Source: Eudoraea sp. (lineage in GTDB: Bacteria; Bacteroidota; Bacteroidia; Flavobacteriales; Flavobacteriaceae). Taken from it: 54,907 nt of DNA. A program made the position numbers and the translations under genes. How positions within the stretch are numbered: position 1 is the stretch's first letter; the number at the start of each line of letters is the position of its first letter. Below, piece after piece: positions 1-10,144 of this stretch. The notes under the pieces are model-generated. The model searched no databases. It was not told the DNA's origin and saw only the letters and a program-made list of their open reading frames with translations. The stretch spans positions 1 to 54,907 of the forward strand of contig NZ_JBATGR010000207.1 of the NCBI RefSeq assembly GCF_049665975.1, read 5' to 3'.

Positions 1-677
1 GTGTTTATGCTATCCGCATTAAACTGATTTTTTAAGTATTGGAAGTAATCGGGTGAGGCATTAATCATTTGCCCATACATATTGTTCAAATTTATGTATC
101 TAACTACATAAAAATCACGTAACTCTCTTGGTCCTTTAAAGATAAATTCTTTAAAAATATCTTTAGCGTTGGCAGTATCCTTCGTAGCTCTTTCAAAATA
201 ATTCCAAAAAAGAGTCATTGAACCTACTTCCATGCTGTAGTGAGAAACATCCTGAAGTTGCAGTTGTATGGAGTCTAATCTTATTTGAAGGTCTTGCCAT
301 AGAGGTTTGTCCTTATAAATTTTTACACCTCGCAGCTTGGAGATTATTTTTGGGTTGGCCATGCCATTATCTATAGCTTTATGCAATAAAATAGCTACAG
401 AATCTGATTGCCCGGCCTGAGCATATAACGATGCCGCTTCTACGTATAATTCTGAAGACTTCAGATCTCTATTGGCATTTACCAATTTATATGCAAAAGT
501 ATTGTACGCCCCAGTGCTATCTAGTTGCTCATAATCTTCATAGAGCAGGTTTAAATCGGGCAAAAAAAGCCTGTTTATAACTTCCTTGTCTGTTTCTTTC
601 CCTGATTCACAGGAATTCAAGAAAGGTGTAAGCAAAATGATGAAGACAAAGACTCGGGGAAGGTTTCTTCTATTCAT
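1..677 (-). CDS. Lipoprotein of unknown function, partial (3' end outside window); possibly a DUF2268-type putative Zn-dependent protease
   Basis: Not in the ORF track. Manual translation from ATG at 677 gives MNRRNLPRVFVFIILLTPFLNSCESGKETDKEVINRLFLPDL..., open to base 1. It has a lipobox-like FLNS-C and starts 10 bp after the M28 peptidase stop, so it is probably in the same operon. The family guess is weak. Confidence 0.75.
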   Translation of the reverse strand, partial: MNRRNLPRVFVFIILLTPFLNSCESGKETDKEVINRLFLPDLNLLYEDYEQLDSTGAYNTFAYKLVNANRDLKSSELYVEAASLYAQAGQSDSVAILLHKAIDNGMANPKIISKLRGVKIYKDKPLWQDLQIRLDSIQLQLQDVSHYSMEVGSMTLFWNYFERATKDTANAKDIFKEFIFKGPRELRDFYVVRYINLNNMYGQMINASPDYFQYLKNQFNADSIN

Positions 678-687
678 GATGTTTTTG

Positions 688-2022
688 TTATTCTCTAAAA
701 ACTCGATTTGGAAATACAATTATACTTTCATGTCCATTTGCTCCAACAGCGGCAACACCAAAAAAGGAATTATCAATGACTATTCCGTCTAAAGTGAAGG
801 AATTCATATCTCCAACATAGCGACTGTGGTCCCATGTAGGTGATGTGGTATCACGCCAGTAAATTTTGTATCCGGTAGCTCCTTCAGACTTGCTCCATTT
901 TAATTTTACCGAAGCTTGTACTATACCTCCTATTTGCACTTCCTCCGGAGCAGGGGGTGCTGAGGCAATTGATGCTAAACTTATGGCGTTAACGGCCGTA
1001 AGTTTTTTCGCATACTCAAAATTTACATGTTCCAATACATCGCCGTAGGCTATTCCATTTTCCATTCTGATATCCTGATGTTGCTGGGTATAATTTTCAT
1101 GGGCTTCCATTATCCGGATACCTGCAAAACCAGCATCATTAAATGGTCTGTGGTGTCCTCCTCTACCAAAACGATCCAGTCTGTAAATTAGTATAGGATT
1201 CATTTCCGGCATATACATTTTAGTTGTTTTATAAACATATCTTGCTAATTGCCGGGAAATTCCATCTACTTCTCCACCATAGAATCTTCTTGCTTTACGC
1301 TGTTGCTCTGTTTCTGTGGGAGGTACGGGTTCTGAAAAAATTCTAAAATCACGATTGCTCACTACCCCATCTACACCACTTATATTTCCAATCATATCAT
1401 TGTTCAATATTCCCAATATTTCCCATCCTTTTTGTTTGGCATAAGCAGCAAGACCTTTTCCTCCGAAAAGTCCTTGCTCTTCACCCGATAATCCTACATA
1501 AATAATACTACTTTCAAAGTTGTATTTGCTTAGTACTCTGGCTGCTTCAATGGTACCGGCCATACCGCTGGCATTGTCATTTGCTCCGGGGGAATCTGAG
1601 GTGAAATTGGTAGGATCACTAACCCTGGAATCAATATCCCCACTCATAATAACAAACTTATTAGGGTACTTACTTCCGCGTTGGATTGCCACAACATTTA
1701 CCACCCAAACGTCGTGGACAATACGTTCATTCTCACCTTCTTTTACTAAATCTTTTTGGTAAAACACTTCCAGACAATTATTACAACCATCAGAGATTTT
1801 TTCAAACTCACTTTTTATCCAGCGTCTTGCTGCGCCAATCCCCCTCGTCGCTGAGATTGTATCACTTAGGGTATGTCTAGTGCCAAAGTTCGTTAGCGAT
1901 GTAACATCATTTTTTATACGCTTGGATGAAACATTATTAATAATGTCATATAAACGGGAATCACTTTGAGAATAAGTGATTGTTGACAATAGTATTAGTA
2001 ATAGAGTAGAATATTTTTTCAT
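688..2022 (-). CDS. Secreted M28-family metallopeptidase with C-terminal fibronectin-III-like domain
   Basis: Signal peptide; M28 motifs SGDIDSR, PGANDNASG, SGEEQGLFG and NNDMIGN; C-terminal VKLKW...GYKIYWR FN3-like strands. Confidence 0.88.
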   Translation of the reverse strand: MKKYSTLLLILLSTITYSQSDSRLYDIINNVSSKRIKNDVTSLTNFGTRHTLSDTISATRGIGAARRWIKSEFEKISDGCNNCLEVFYQKDLVKEGENERIVHDVWVVNVVAIQRGSKYPNKFVIMSGDIDSRVSDPTNFTSDSPGANDNASGMAGTIEAARVLSKYNFESSIIYVGLSGEEQGLFGGKGLAAYAKQKGWEILGILNNDMIGNISGVDGVVSNRDFRIFSEPVPPTETEQQRKARRFYGGEVDGISRQLARYVYKTTKMYMPEMNPILIYRLDRFGRGGHHRPFNDAGFAGIRIMEAHENYTQQHQDIRMENGIAYGDVLEHVNFEYAKKLTAVNAISLASIASAPPAPEEVQIGGIVQASVKLKWSKSEGATGYKIYWRDTTSPTWDHSRYVGDMNSFTLDGIVIDNSFFGVAAVGANGHESIIVFPNRVFRE

Positions 2023-2064
2023 AGACTATAAAATTTATGAGGGATTAGTTTCCAATTAATTCAA

Positions 2065-2072
2065 CAAAAATA
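2065..2072 (-). promoter_or_regulatory. Bacteroidota sigma-A -7 element (TATTTTTG) for the M28 peptidase operon
   Basis: Matches TAnnTTTG about 43 bp upstream of the start codon. Confidence 0.5.
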
Positions 2073-2282
2073 CAACTAGGATTCTGAACTTGGTCTATAT
2101 TTTTCCTTTGTGAACCTGTAACTGAGATTCACCTATAAAGGATACACTTCACTTTTGTTCTAAAACTACACGAGGCATGGGAGTAGAAATAGAAGTCAGT
2201 ATTATCATAGTATTATTTTTCTAATATGTTGGGTTTAAATACTACTTGCTAAGTAATTTTAGATATAAAAGTATGATAACTG

Positions 2283-4487
2283 CTAGAGAAATTTTTTCAG
2301 CATACCGCGTACTCCGGAAACACTTTCAATATAATATTTAGCCTGGGTATTTTGCATCCCTACTTTAACTGTCACGGCTTCTTTAGGAAGTTCCTGAAAC
2401 ATAAATTCATCTGTCCAATCATCTCCAATGGCAAAAATGAAGTCATAATCCTTCTGCCCCAGCACTCGCATTGCTGCTCTGCCTTTGTTAACATTACTAC
2501 TTTTAATTTCCATTACTTTGTTACCATTTAAAACGCTTATATCATCATTACCAATAAGACTTGTAAGCACGGTATTCAATTCATTAGCCCTGTTAACTCC
2601 AAAGTCGGGATCTGTATTTCTATAATGCCAGGCCAGGGAATAATTCTTTTCTTCTATAAAGGAACCAGGGGTTCTGTCTACAAATGATTCCAATACCGGA
2701 TATATTTTTTCCATCCAGTCTTTTTTAACATTTTCCAGCATTCTAAATTCTTCACCTTGTTCTGAAATCCAAACTCCATGTTCTACTATCATGTTATATT
2801 TTTTGGGCAAAAACCAACGCGTAAAAGTTTCTTTATCTCGCCCGCTTATCAAATAGATATCGTTGCCTTCCTTTTTGCTTAGTTCGTCTAGCAAATTATA
2901 TAACTCTTTATCGGGACTTGCTTTTTGTGGATCAATTTTAAAACCGGCTAGCGTACCATCATAGTCAATAAAAAAGAGCTTCTTTTTAGCGTGGTGGTAA
3001 TCTTGAAGCACACCTTTTAAAATGGTATCAGTAAGACGTTTTGAAACATTGGCCGTATCCCGGTCTTTTTGGGCCTGCAGTGAATTCATAAAATCATTTG
3101 CCCATTTTTCCACATTATAGCGCTCAAGCCGCTTTTGAAGTATCGTATTTCTTCTTTGTTGTTCTAATACAGGCATATTTATAGCCATGAATAAGGCAGC
3201 GGCAATCTGTTCAAAATTATTTGGATTAATAAGTAAAGCTTCATTCATTTCATTGGCAGAACCTGCCATTTCACTTAAAATAAGAACCCCGCTTTTATCT
3301 GTTCTTGTTGCAATATATTCTTTGGCAACCAAATTCATTCCATCCCGGATAGGTGTCAACCAGGCAATATCACTTGAGGTATATAAATCAATCAAGTTTT
3401 CAAAAGGAAGTGATCTGTAAAAATACCAGATAGGGGTCCAGCTAACTGTTGATAATTCTCCATTAATACGTCCTACAAGTTCATCAATCTCCTTTTTCAA
3501 AAGTTTATATTGAGGTACGTTGGAACGCGAAGGAACGGCTAAAATTATAAGCCTGATTTTTTCTTTGTATTCAGGGTATTTATCAAGAAAGTATTTAAAT
3601 GCATGCAGACGTTTGGCTATACCTTTGCTGTAATCCAGACGATCAATAGATAAAATTAACTTCGCATCGGGACTTGATTTTTTATGAAGATCGAGCCTTC
3701 TTTGTAAATCAGATTGCTGATTTTCACTATTCTGCTGATGTGTTTTAGCAGCCTCACTAAATTTTTCATAGTCGATTCCCATGGGAAAAGAATCGACCTT
3801 AACAAGCCGGTTATCCACAAAAATATCATTAAAACTAACTTCAGCACCCAATAACCTTCTCACGGAACTTAAAAAGTGACGTTCATAATCATAAGTGTGG
3901 AAACCTATTAAATCTGAACCTAGCAAACCTTCCAGAACCTCTTCACGCCAAGGTAAGGTCCGGAAAATCTCGTATGAAGGAAAGGGGATATGCAGGAAGA
4001 ATCCAATTGACAAATTGGGGCGCTTTTCTCTAACCATTTTTGGTACCAGCATCAACTGGTAATCATGTATCCATATTGTATCATCTTCACCCGCCTTTTC
4101 CAAAATGGCATCGGCAAATTTTTGATTAACCGACTTATAGGTCAACCAGCTATCCAGTTCAAATTCCGCATATTCTAAAAAATAATGAAATAATGGCCAG
4201 ATCGTTCGATTACTAAATCCAAAATAAAATCCGTTAACCTCTTCCTCATTGAGGCTAACCTTGGAAGAACCATGTTCTGCAAGTGCTTTATCTATTTTAT
4301 CGGTCAGTTCTTTTGGAATTTCTTCATCGGTAAGGCCACTCCATCCAATCCAAAGGCTATCTCCCCCCGAATGCACAGATTTCATTCCGGTGGCCAAGCC
4401 CCCCACACTTGGTATTGCATTAATGCTTCCATTGCCAATTTCCAATTGAACAGGCAGTCTATTTGAGATTATGATAGTTTTGCTCAC
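2283..4487 (-). CDS. otsAB: Bifunctional trehalose-6-phosphate synthase/phosphatase (OtsA-OtsB fusion)
   Basis: GT20 motifs SNRLP, GGLA, WIHDYQL, FFLHIPFP, IDRLDYSKG and RDGMNLVAKEY; C-terminal HAD phosphatase motifs DYDGTL and GDDWTDE; GTG start. Confidence 0.95.
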   Translation of the reverse strand: MSKTIIISNRLPVQLEIGNGSINAIPSVGGLATGMKSVHSGGDSLWIGWSGLTDEEIPKELTDKIDKALAEHGSSKVSLNEEEVNGFYFGFSNRTIWPLFHYFLEYAEFELDSWLTYKSVNQKFADAILEKAGEDDTIWIHDYQLMLVPKMVREKRPNLSIGFFLHIPFPSYEIFRTLPWREEVLEGLLGSDLIGFHTYDYERHFLSSVRRLLGAEVSFNDIFVDNRLVKVDSFPMGIDYEKFSEAAKTHQQNSENQQSDLQRRLDLHKKSSPDAKLILSIDRLDYSKGIAKRLHAFKYFLDKYPEYKEKIRLIILAVPSRSNVPQYKLLKKEIDELVGRINGELSTVSWTPIWYFYRSLPFENLIDLYTSSDIAWLTPIRDGMNLVAKEYIATRTDKSGVLILSEMAGSANEMNEALLINPNNFEQIAAALFMAINMPVLEQQRRNTILQKRLERYNVEKWANDFMNSLQAQKDRDTANVSKRLTDTILKGVLQDYHHAKKKLFFIDYDGTLAGFKIDPQKASPDKELYNLLDELSKKEGNDIYLISGRDKETFTRWFLPKKYNMIVEHGVWISEQGEEFRMLENVKKDWMEKIYPVLESFVDRTPGSFIEEKNYSLAWHYRNTDPDFGVNRANELNTVLTSLIGNDDISVLNGNKVMEIKSSNVNKGRAAMRVLGQKDYDFIFAIGDDWTDEFMFQELPKEAVTVKVGMQNTQAKYYIESVSGVRGMLKKFL

Positions 4488-4589
4488 GTATTATCTAAAA
4501 TTAAGGAGTATTGATTTTTATTTTTCTAAATTTCGACAAATTGCAGTGCAATAACAATTAATAAGCAACTTTTAGCGGATAATTCAATT

Positions 4590-6389
4590 ATGGATAATTT
4601 AAATTATGGTATTATCGGAAATTGCAGGAGTGCAGCATTAATTTCCAAAACTGGTTCCCTGGAATGGTGTTGTTTACCTGAGTTTGATTCCTCATCGGTT
4701 TTTGCAAAGATACTTGATGAAAAAATTGGTGGAAGTTTTGAAATTCTTGTGTCTGAGGAGTACGCTGTAAGCCAGAGATATAAGAAAAGTACGGCTATCC
4801 TGATTACCAGATTTTCTGATGGTGAAAATACATTTGAATTGCATGATTTTATGCCAAGGTATTACACTGAAAATGGTAACTATCATGCACCACCTGAAAT
4901 AGCACGCCATGTAAGACATATTAAAGGGAAACCGAGATTTAAAGTGCTTTATGACCCCAAATTGGAGTATGCCATAGGGGAGACCCGGTCTTATGTAAAA
5001 AATAATTTTATTGTCAGTCTTACAAATAACGAAAAATTTGACACCATCTTTCTATATACTTCATTTAACAAAAATGCTGTTCTGGAGGGGCGTGAGCTCG
5101 AAGTCACAAAAAACGGATACTTTTTATTGGGTTATAACGAAAAGATATTACAACCCAATTCGAGGAAAATTTATTTAGATCTTGAAAACACAAAAGTCTA
5201 TTGGCTCAATTGGACCAATAGAACGCCAACATACAATCAATATAATAAAGAAATTACAAGAAGCGCCATAACGCTTAAACTATTGAGCTACGATAAAACC
5301 GGCGCAGTGCTGGCTGCTGCCACCACATCATTACCTGAAACCATAGGTGAAGTTAGAAATTGGGATTATCGTTTTTGCTGGATAAGGGATGCATCTATGG
5401 TTATAAAGGTAATGGCTCAATTAGGGCATAAAAACGTGGCAAGGAGGTATCTTCAGTTTATTATTGATCTTATTCCGGATAAAGATGAGAAGCTCCAGAT
5501 TATGTACGGTATAAACAAGGAAAAAAACCTTACCGAAGAAACTCTGGATCACTTAAGCGGGTATAAAGGCTCCAAACCGGTGCGGGTTGGTAATGCTGCA
5601 TATGCACAAAAGCAAAATGATATATATGGCATTCTAATGGATGTCATTCACGCCCAGTTGGTTAGATTTAGCACCAATATAGAGAATGGCGAAGAATTAT
5701 GGGGAATAACCAAAGGCATTGTCTGGATCGTGTCTAGACATTGGAAAGAGGCAGATAAGGGAATTTGGGAATTGAGGACAGAAGAAAGGCACTTCACTTT
5801 TTCTAAAGTCTTATGTTGGGTGGCTTTAGACAGGGCTATAAAAGTTGCCAGGATACTTAAGAAAACCCGGAAACTTGAAAAATGGGTAAAATTGGAAAAG
5901 GAAATAAAAGAAGATATTTATTCAAATTCCTGGAACAAAGAGGTTAATGCATTTACCCAGTCTTATGGGTCTACCCACCTTGATGCTTCCGTTTTATTGA
6001 TGGAGTCTTATGGATTTATTCATGCCAAGGACCCTAAATTTGTAAGTACAGTTTTGGCGATAGAAAAAGAATTAAGCAATGATGGATTATTGTATAGATA
6101 TAAGAATGAGGATGATTTTGGATTACCTTCATCATCATTCACAATTTGTACATTCTGGTTTATCAATAGTCTTTTTAAGATTGGAGAAGAAGAAAAGGCA
6201 CAACAGCTTTTCGATAAGTTATTGAGCTACAGTAATCATTTAGGGCTTTTTAGTGAAGATATTGATTTCAAAACAAAAAGACTACTGGGTAATTTCCCAC
6301 AGGCCTACTCGCATTTGGCTTTAATAGAATGTGCTGTAAATTTTGCCAATAAAGCCAGTGAAGAGAAAGTTTTGGAGTCTATGCGCTAA
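4590..6389 (+). CDS. Glycoside hydrolase family 15 (trehalase/glucoamylase-like)
   Basis: GH15 motifs YGIIGNCRSAAL, AAATTSLPE, RNWDYRFCWIRD, GIWELR and GNFPQAYSH. Confidence 0.92.
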   Translation: MDNLNYGIIGNCRSAALISKTGSLEWCCLPEFDSSSVFAKILDEKIGGSFEILVSEEYAVSQRYKKSTAILITRFSDGENTFELHDFMPRYYTENGNYHAPPEIARHVRHIKGKPRFKVLYDPKLEYAIGETRSYVKNNFIVSLTNNEKFDTIFLYTSFNKNAVLEGRELEVTKNGYFLLGYNEKILQPNSRKIYLDLENTKVYWLNWTNRTPTYNQYNKEITRSAITLKLLSYDKTGAVLAAATTSLPETIGEVRNWDYRFCWIRDASMVIKVMAQLGHKNVARRYLQFIIDLIPDKDEKLQIMYGINKEKNLTEETLDHLSGYKGSKPVRVGNAAYAQKQNDIYGILMDVIHAQLVRFSTNIENGEELWGITKGIVWIVSRHWKEADKGIWELRTEERHFTFSKVLCWVALDRAIKVARILKKTRKLEKWVKLEKEIKEDIYSNSWNKEVNAFTQSYGSTHLDASVLLMESYGFIHAKDPKFVSTVLAIEKELSNDGLLYRYKNEDDFGLPSSSFTICTFWFINSLFKIGEEEKAQQLFDKLLSYSNHLGLFSEDIDFKTKRLLGNFPQAYSHLALIECAVNFANKASEEKVLESMR

Positions 6390-6435
6390 GAATTAGCTCG
6401 TAATTGAAGTGCTAAGTGCCTTTGAGTTCCATGAT

Positions 6436-7872
6436 TTATAAATTTAATAAAGGAAAAGCTTTTCTTTTTATATTATCGAGCAATTTTTTAAAGTGTTCTT
6501 CAGTAGTGAATGGATTCATTATTGTAACCCTTAGGTATACAATATCTTTAATTTTTGTTTGTACAATATAAAACTCACCTTCTTCCAGAAGTTTTTGCCG
6601 AACTGTTGAATTGATTTTATTAAGGCTTAGGAGATCCTTGTCTTTATTGATTAGTCTGAAACATATAATATTAGACATTGGTTTTACTGCTATTTCAAAT
6701 AAAGGGTCATTTTCTAATAGCTCACCAAACTCTTGTCCAAGATCATATAGTGTTGTAACGAACTCATCAAATATACTTTTACCATAAATTTTGAGTAAGG
6801 TATACCAATGGAGGCTCATCATGTATTTGGTACATTCAAAAGTTCGCTTTGCTAGATTATACCAATCTTCCTCTTTCGAATCCTGTAGTAAATAGTCTGC
6901 TTTTTGCCTAAAGGTATTATGTGAGTCCCGACCTTTTTTAAACAACAAAGCCGTTGTAATTGAAGGCATCATCATCATTTTATGTCCATCAATAACAATA
7001 GAATCAGCCTTCTTCATACCTTTTAATAATGATTTGTATTTTGAAGAAAATATGGCCCCGCCACCATGAGCTGCATCAATATGGAACCAAATTCCTTTTT
7101 CAAAAGCAAAGTCCCCGATGGTTTCCAGATCGTCGTAAATACCGGTAGCGGTTGAAGGGGCACTTCCCACAATAGCAATAACTTCATATCCTTCATGAAT
7201 AGTCTTCTTGTAGGATTGCTCTAAGAGCTCTGTTTTTAGAGCAAAACCTTCATCAACAGCTATTTTTATAATGCCTTTCTCACCTAACCCCATGATTCGC
7301 GCAGCTCTGTCTATGCAGTAATGTGCTTCCTCGGAGACCATTATTGCCAACTTATTGGAAGTGCCATTTTCCCATACGTCATTTCCGGTTCTGTTCTTAC
7401 GGGCACTTAGAAGGGCTGTGAGATTTGCCAATGTCCCACCTGAGGTTAAAAATCCATCAGACTTTTTGCCATAACCAATTTCCTTGCATAATTGTTCAAC
7501 TACAACGCGCTCCATTGCAGTTGGGGCCATTCCCATTTCATAGATCCCCATGCCATTGTTGAGAATCGCATTTAATAGGCTGGTTAGGCCCGTAATTGGT
7601 GCAACCGGACTTATCTGATGACCCATATAATGTGGATGATGCAGGTGTATGCTCCGCTTTATGATTTCGTTGTTCAGATCGGATGGTTTTCCATTGAAAA
7701 GAAAGTTGTTCCAGAATTTGTATTCTTCCGAAGGGTTCTCCCAATTGAGAACTTTTGATGAAGATTTATTCAATGATTTATCAAGATGTTCGGCTAGAAG
7801 ATCAATTAATTGATGCCCGTTTTGTCTAAAATCCTCCGGGGAATAAGCTGTCTGTAAAAGTTGTTTGTCCAT
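6436..7872 (-). CDS. Group II PLP-dependent amino-acid decarboxylase (DABA/aromatic decarboxylase-like)
   Basis: HHPHYMGHQ, TSGGTLANLTAL, WFHIDAAHGG and the PLP-lysine motif DGHK. Confidence 0.88.
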   Translation of the reverse strand: MDKQLLQTAYSPEDFRQNGHQLIDLLAEHLDKSLNKSSSKVLNWENPSEEYKFWNNFLFNGKPSDLNNEIIKRSIHLHHPHYMGHQISPVAPITGLTSLLNAILNNGMGIYEMGMAPTAMERVVVEQLCKEIGYGKKSDGFLTSGGTLANLTALLSARKNRTGNDVWENGTSNKLAIMVSEEAHYCIDRAARIMGLGEKGIIKIAVDEGFALKTELLEQSYKKTIHEGYEVIAIVGSAPSTATGIYDDLETIGDFAFEKGIWFHIDAAHGGGAIFSSKYKSLLKGMKKADSIVIDGHKMMMMPSITTALLFKKGRDSHNTFRQKADYLLQDSKEEDWYNLAKRTFECTKYMMSLHWYTLLKIYGKSIFDEFVTTLYDLGQEFGELLENDPLFEIAVKPMSNIICFRLINKDKDLLSLNKINSTVRQKLLEEGEFYIVQTKIKDIVYLRVTIMNPFTTEEHFKKLLDNIKRKAFPLLNL

Positions 7873-7996
7873 GTTTTAAAATTAGAAAGCTAGCTTGTTT
7901 TAAGCAAGACATACTTTTTTATTCACAAGTTAAGAAAATGGATACCAGACATTGAAACTTGTATCTAACAAGTATAACAAATCAGCAATCTTTCGC

Positions 7997-8004
7997 TAAA
8001 TTTG
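7997..8004 (+). promoter_or_regulatory. -7 element (TAAATTTG) for the DPP III gene
   Basis: TAnnTTTG 27 bp upstream of the ATG at 8032. Confidence 0.55.
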
Positions 8005-8031
8005 TAGGATTAAATTAAAAGGTATAAAATC

Positions 8032-10062
8032 ATGAAATTGAAACATGTTGTAAGTAGCTTTCTTGTAATATTAGTATTGTGGTCTTGTAAGGAAAAAGTA
8101 ATGCCTGAAGAGACTGTGTTGGTCGCGGAAAAAGATTTTGAATATGTTGTAGATCAGTTTGCAGACCTAAGAGTACTTCGTTATCAGGTTCCGGGTTTTG
8201 AGGAACTCACCTTAAAAGAAAAAAAATTAGTTTATTATTTAACTCAAGCTGGTTTAGCTGGTCGGGACATAATATGGGATCAGAATTACCGGCATAACCT
8301 TAAAATAAGGGCAGGGCTGGAAAACATATACACCAAATTTACGGGTGATAAAACGACCTATGACTGGAACTCATTTGAAGTATATATAAAACGACTATGG
8401 TTCTCCAACGGAATTCATCATCATTATTCAAATGATAAAATAAAACCTGATTTTTCTAAAGAATATTTAAATTATTTACTTGCAGAAACAGATACGGAAC
8501 TGGAAGGAGAAGCTTTTGAAGTTATTTTTAATGAGGTGGATAGTAAAAAAGTAAACAAGAAAAAAGGCGTGGATAATGTGGCTTCTTCGGCTGTTAATTT
8601 TTATTCTCCAGAGATCACTGATGCAGATGTGGATGCTTTTTATAGGACTGCATATAAAGGCCCGGAGGGTCGCCCAATAGAAACTGGTTTAAATTCTACT
8701 CTTGTAAAGGAGAATGGTAAAGTGGTGGAGAAGGTTTGGAAATCTGGCGGTTTGTATGGAACTGCTATAGACGAAGTAATAAAATGGCTTGAAAAAGCAC
8801 AGACAGTAGCCGAAAACGAAAAACAAGCTAATACTTTAGAATTACTAGTAGATTATTACGAAACTGGAAGTCTCGACGCATGGGATGCGTACTCTGTTGA
8901 ATGGGCGACTTCCACTCAGGGTAATATAGATTGGATAAATGGCTTTATAGAGGTTTATAATGATCCTAAGGGGTATAGAGGATCTTATGAGAGCATTATT
9001 GAAATAAACGATTTTGATATGTCAAGAAAAATGGCTGTACTCTCAGAAAATGCGCAATGGTTTGAAGATAATGCCACCTTGATGGAAGAGCATAAGAAGG
9101 ACAGTGTAGTTGGTGTTTCTTATAAGACCGTGAATGTTGCCGGAGAGGCGGGTGATGCCTCCCCAAGTACGCCTATTGGGGTAAATCTCCCTAATAACAA
9201 TTGGATCCGCCAGCAACATGGAAGTAAGTCTGTGTCATTGGGAAACATAGTTGATGCGTATAGCAATGCAGGAGGTAGTGGCAGATTAAAAGAGTTTGCC
9301 AATGATGAAGAGGAGATCAAGCTTGAAGAAAAATACGGTAAACTGGTAGATAAATTACATACTGCATTGCACGAAGTAATAGGTCATGCTTCAGGACAAA
9401 TAAATCCGGGTGTTGGGCAACCAAAAGAAACCTTAAAGAATTATAGATCAACCATTGAAGAGGGTAGAGCAGACCTTGTAGGACTGTATTTTGTTATGGA
9501 TCCGAAGTTAGATGAATTGGGTCTGGTAGATAATTGGGAAGAAACAGCTAAAGCCTCATACGATGGGTATATAAGAAATGGCCTGATTACCCAATTGATA
9601 AGAATAGAATTAGGGGATGATGTGGAAGAGGATCATATGGTAAACAGACAATGGGTATCTGCCTGGGTATTTGAAAAGGGTAGCCCTGACAATGTCATAG
9701 AAAAACTCACCAGGGACGGTAAAACATATTACAATATCAATGACTATGAGGCATTACGTGAATTATTTGGTGAATTATTACGTGAAACGCAAAGGATAAA
9801 ATCTGAAGGTGATTTTAAAGCTGCTCAAGAATTGGTAGAAGGTTATGGAGTTAAAGTAGATCAGGCATTACACGCGGAAGTACTGGATAGAAATGCCCAA
9901 TTTAAGACTGCACCCTATAGTGGATTTGTTAACCCGGTATTGGTCCCAACTACTAATGAAGCAGGTGAGATTATTGAAGTTGAAGTGGTACAACCTGTAA
10001 GTTTCGAAGAGCAGATGTTAAACTATTCGGCAAATTATGGATTTCTAAGTTCTAAGAACTAA
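8032..10062 (+). CDS. Dipeptidyl peptidase III (peptidase M49), lipoprotein
   Basis: Hexapeptide zinc motif HEVIGH (HEXXGH), second motif EEGRAD, GFIEVYNDP and PIGVNLPN; lipobox LWS-C. Confidence 0.9.
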   Translation: MKLKHVVSSFLVILVLWSCKEKVMPEETVLVAEKDFEYVVDQFADLRVLRYQVPGFEELTLKEKKLVYYLTQAGLAGRDIIWDQNYRHNLKIRAGLENIYTKFTGDKTTYDWNSFEVYIKRLWFSNGIHHHYSNDKIKPDFSKEYLNYLLAETDTELEGEAFEVIFNEVDSKKVNKKKGVDNVASSAVNFYSPEITDADVDAFYRTAYKGPEGRPIETGLNSTLVKENGKVVEKVWKSGGLYGTAIDEVIKWLEKAQTVAENEKQANTLELLVDYYETGSLDAWDAYSVEWATSTQGNIDWINGFIEVYNDPKGYRGSYESIIEINDFDMSRKMAVLSENAQWFEDNATLMEEHKKDSVVGVSYKTVNVAGEAGDASPSTPIGVNLPNNNWIRQQHGSKSVSLGNIVDAYSNAGGSGRLKEFANDEEEIKLEEKYGKLVDKLHTALHEVIGHASGQINPGVGQPKETLKNYRSTIEEGRADLVGLYFVMDPKLDELGLVDNWEETAKASYDGYIRNGLITQLIRIELGDDVEEDHMVNRQWVSAWVFEKGSPDNVIEKLTRDGKTYYNINDYEALRELFGELLRETQRIKSEGDFKAAQELVEGYGVKVDQALHAEVLDRNAQFKTAPYSGFVNPVLVPTTNEAGEIIEVEVVQPVSFEEQMLNYSANYGFLSSKN

Positions 10063-10092
10063 ATAAATAGCTGTTCAGGGGATTCTAAAAAC

Positions 10093-10118
10093 AAAAACCG
10101 CTCAATTGAGCGGTTTTT
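10093..10118. terminator. Bidirectional intrinsic terminator
   Basis: Perfect palindrome AAAAACCGCTCAATTGAGCGGTTTTT between the convergent DPP III and acyl-CoA dehydrogenase genes. Confidence 0.85.
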
Positions 10119-10144
10119 CTATTCCAAAATAAAATTGATTACAC

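Noticed and set aside
586..792. 68-aa plus-strand ORF in the track
   Set aside because: It is an antisense shadow spanning the M28 gene end and the real minus-strand lipoprotein start; no recognisable motif.
2020..2050. ECF-like AATCC-N-GTCTA upstream of the M28 peptidase
   Set aside because: The -35 match is poor and the putative -10 overlaps the start codon; a normal -7 box exists at 2065-2072.
7957..7973. ACTTGT-N5-ACAAGT inverted repeat between the decarboxylase and DPP III genes
   Set aside because: The arms are only 6 bp in AT-rich DNA, I saw no second copy, and there is no adjacent regulator.
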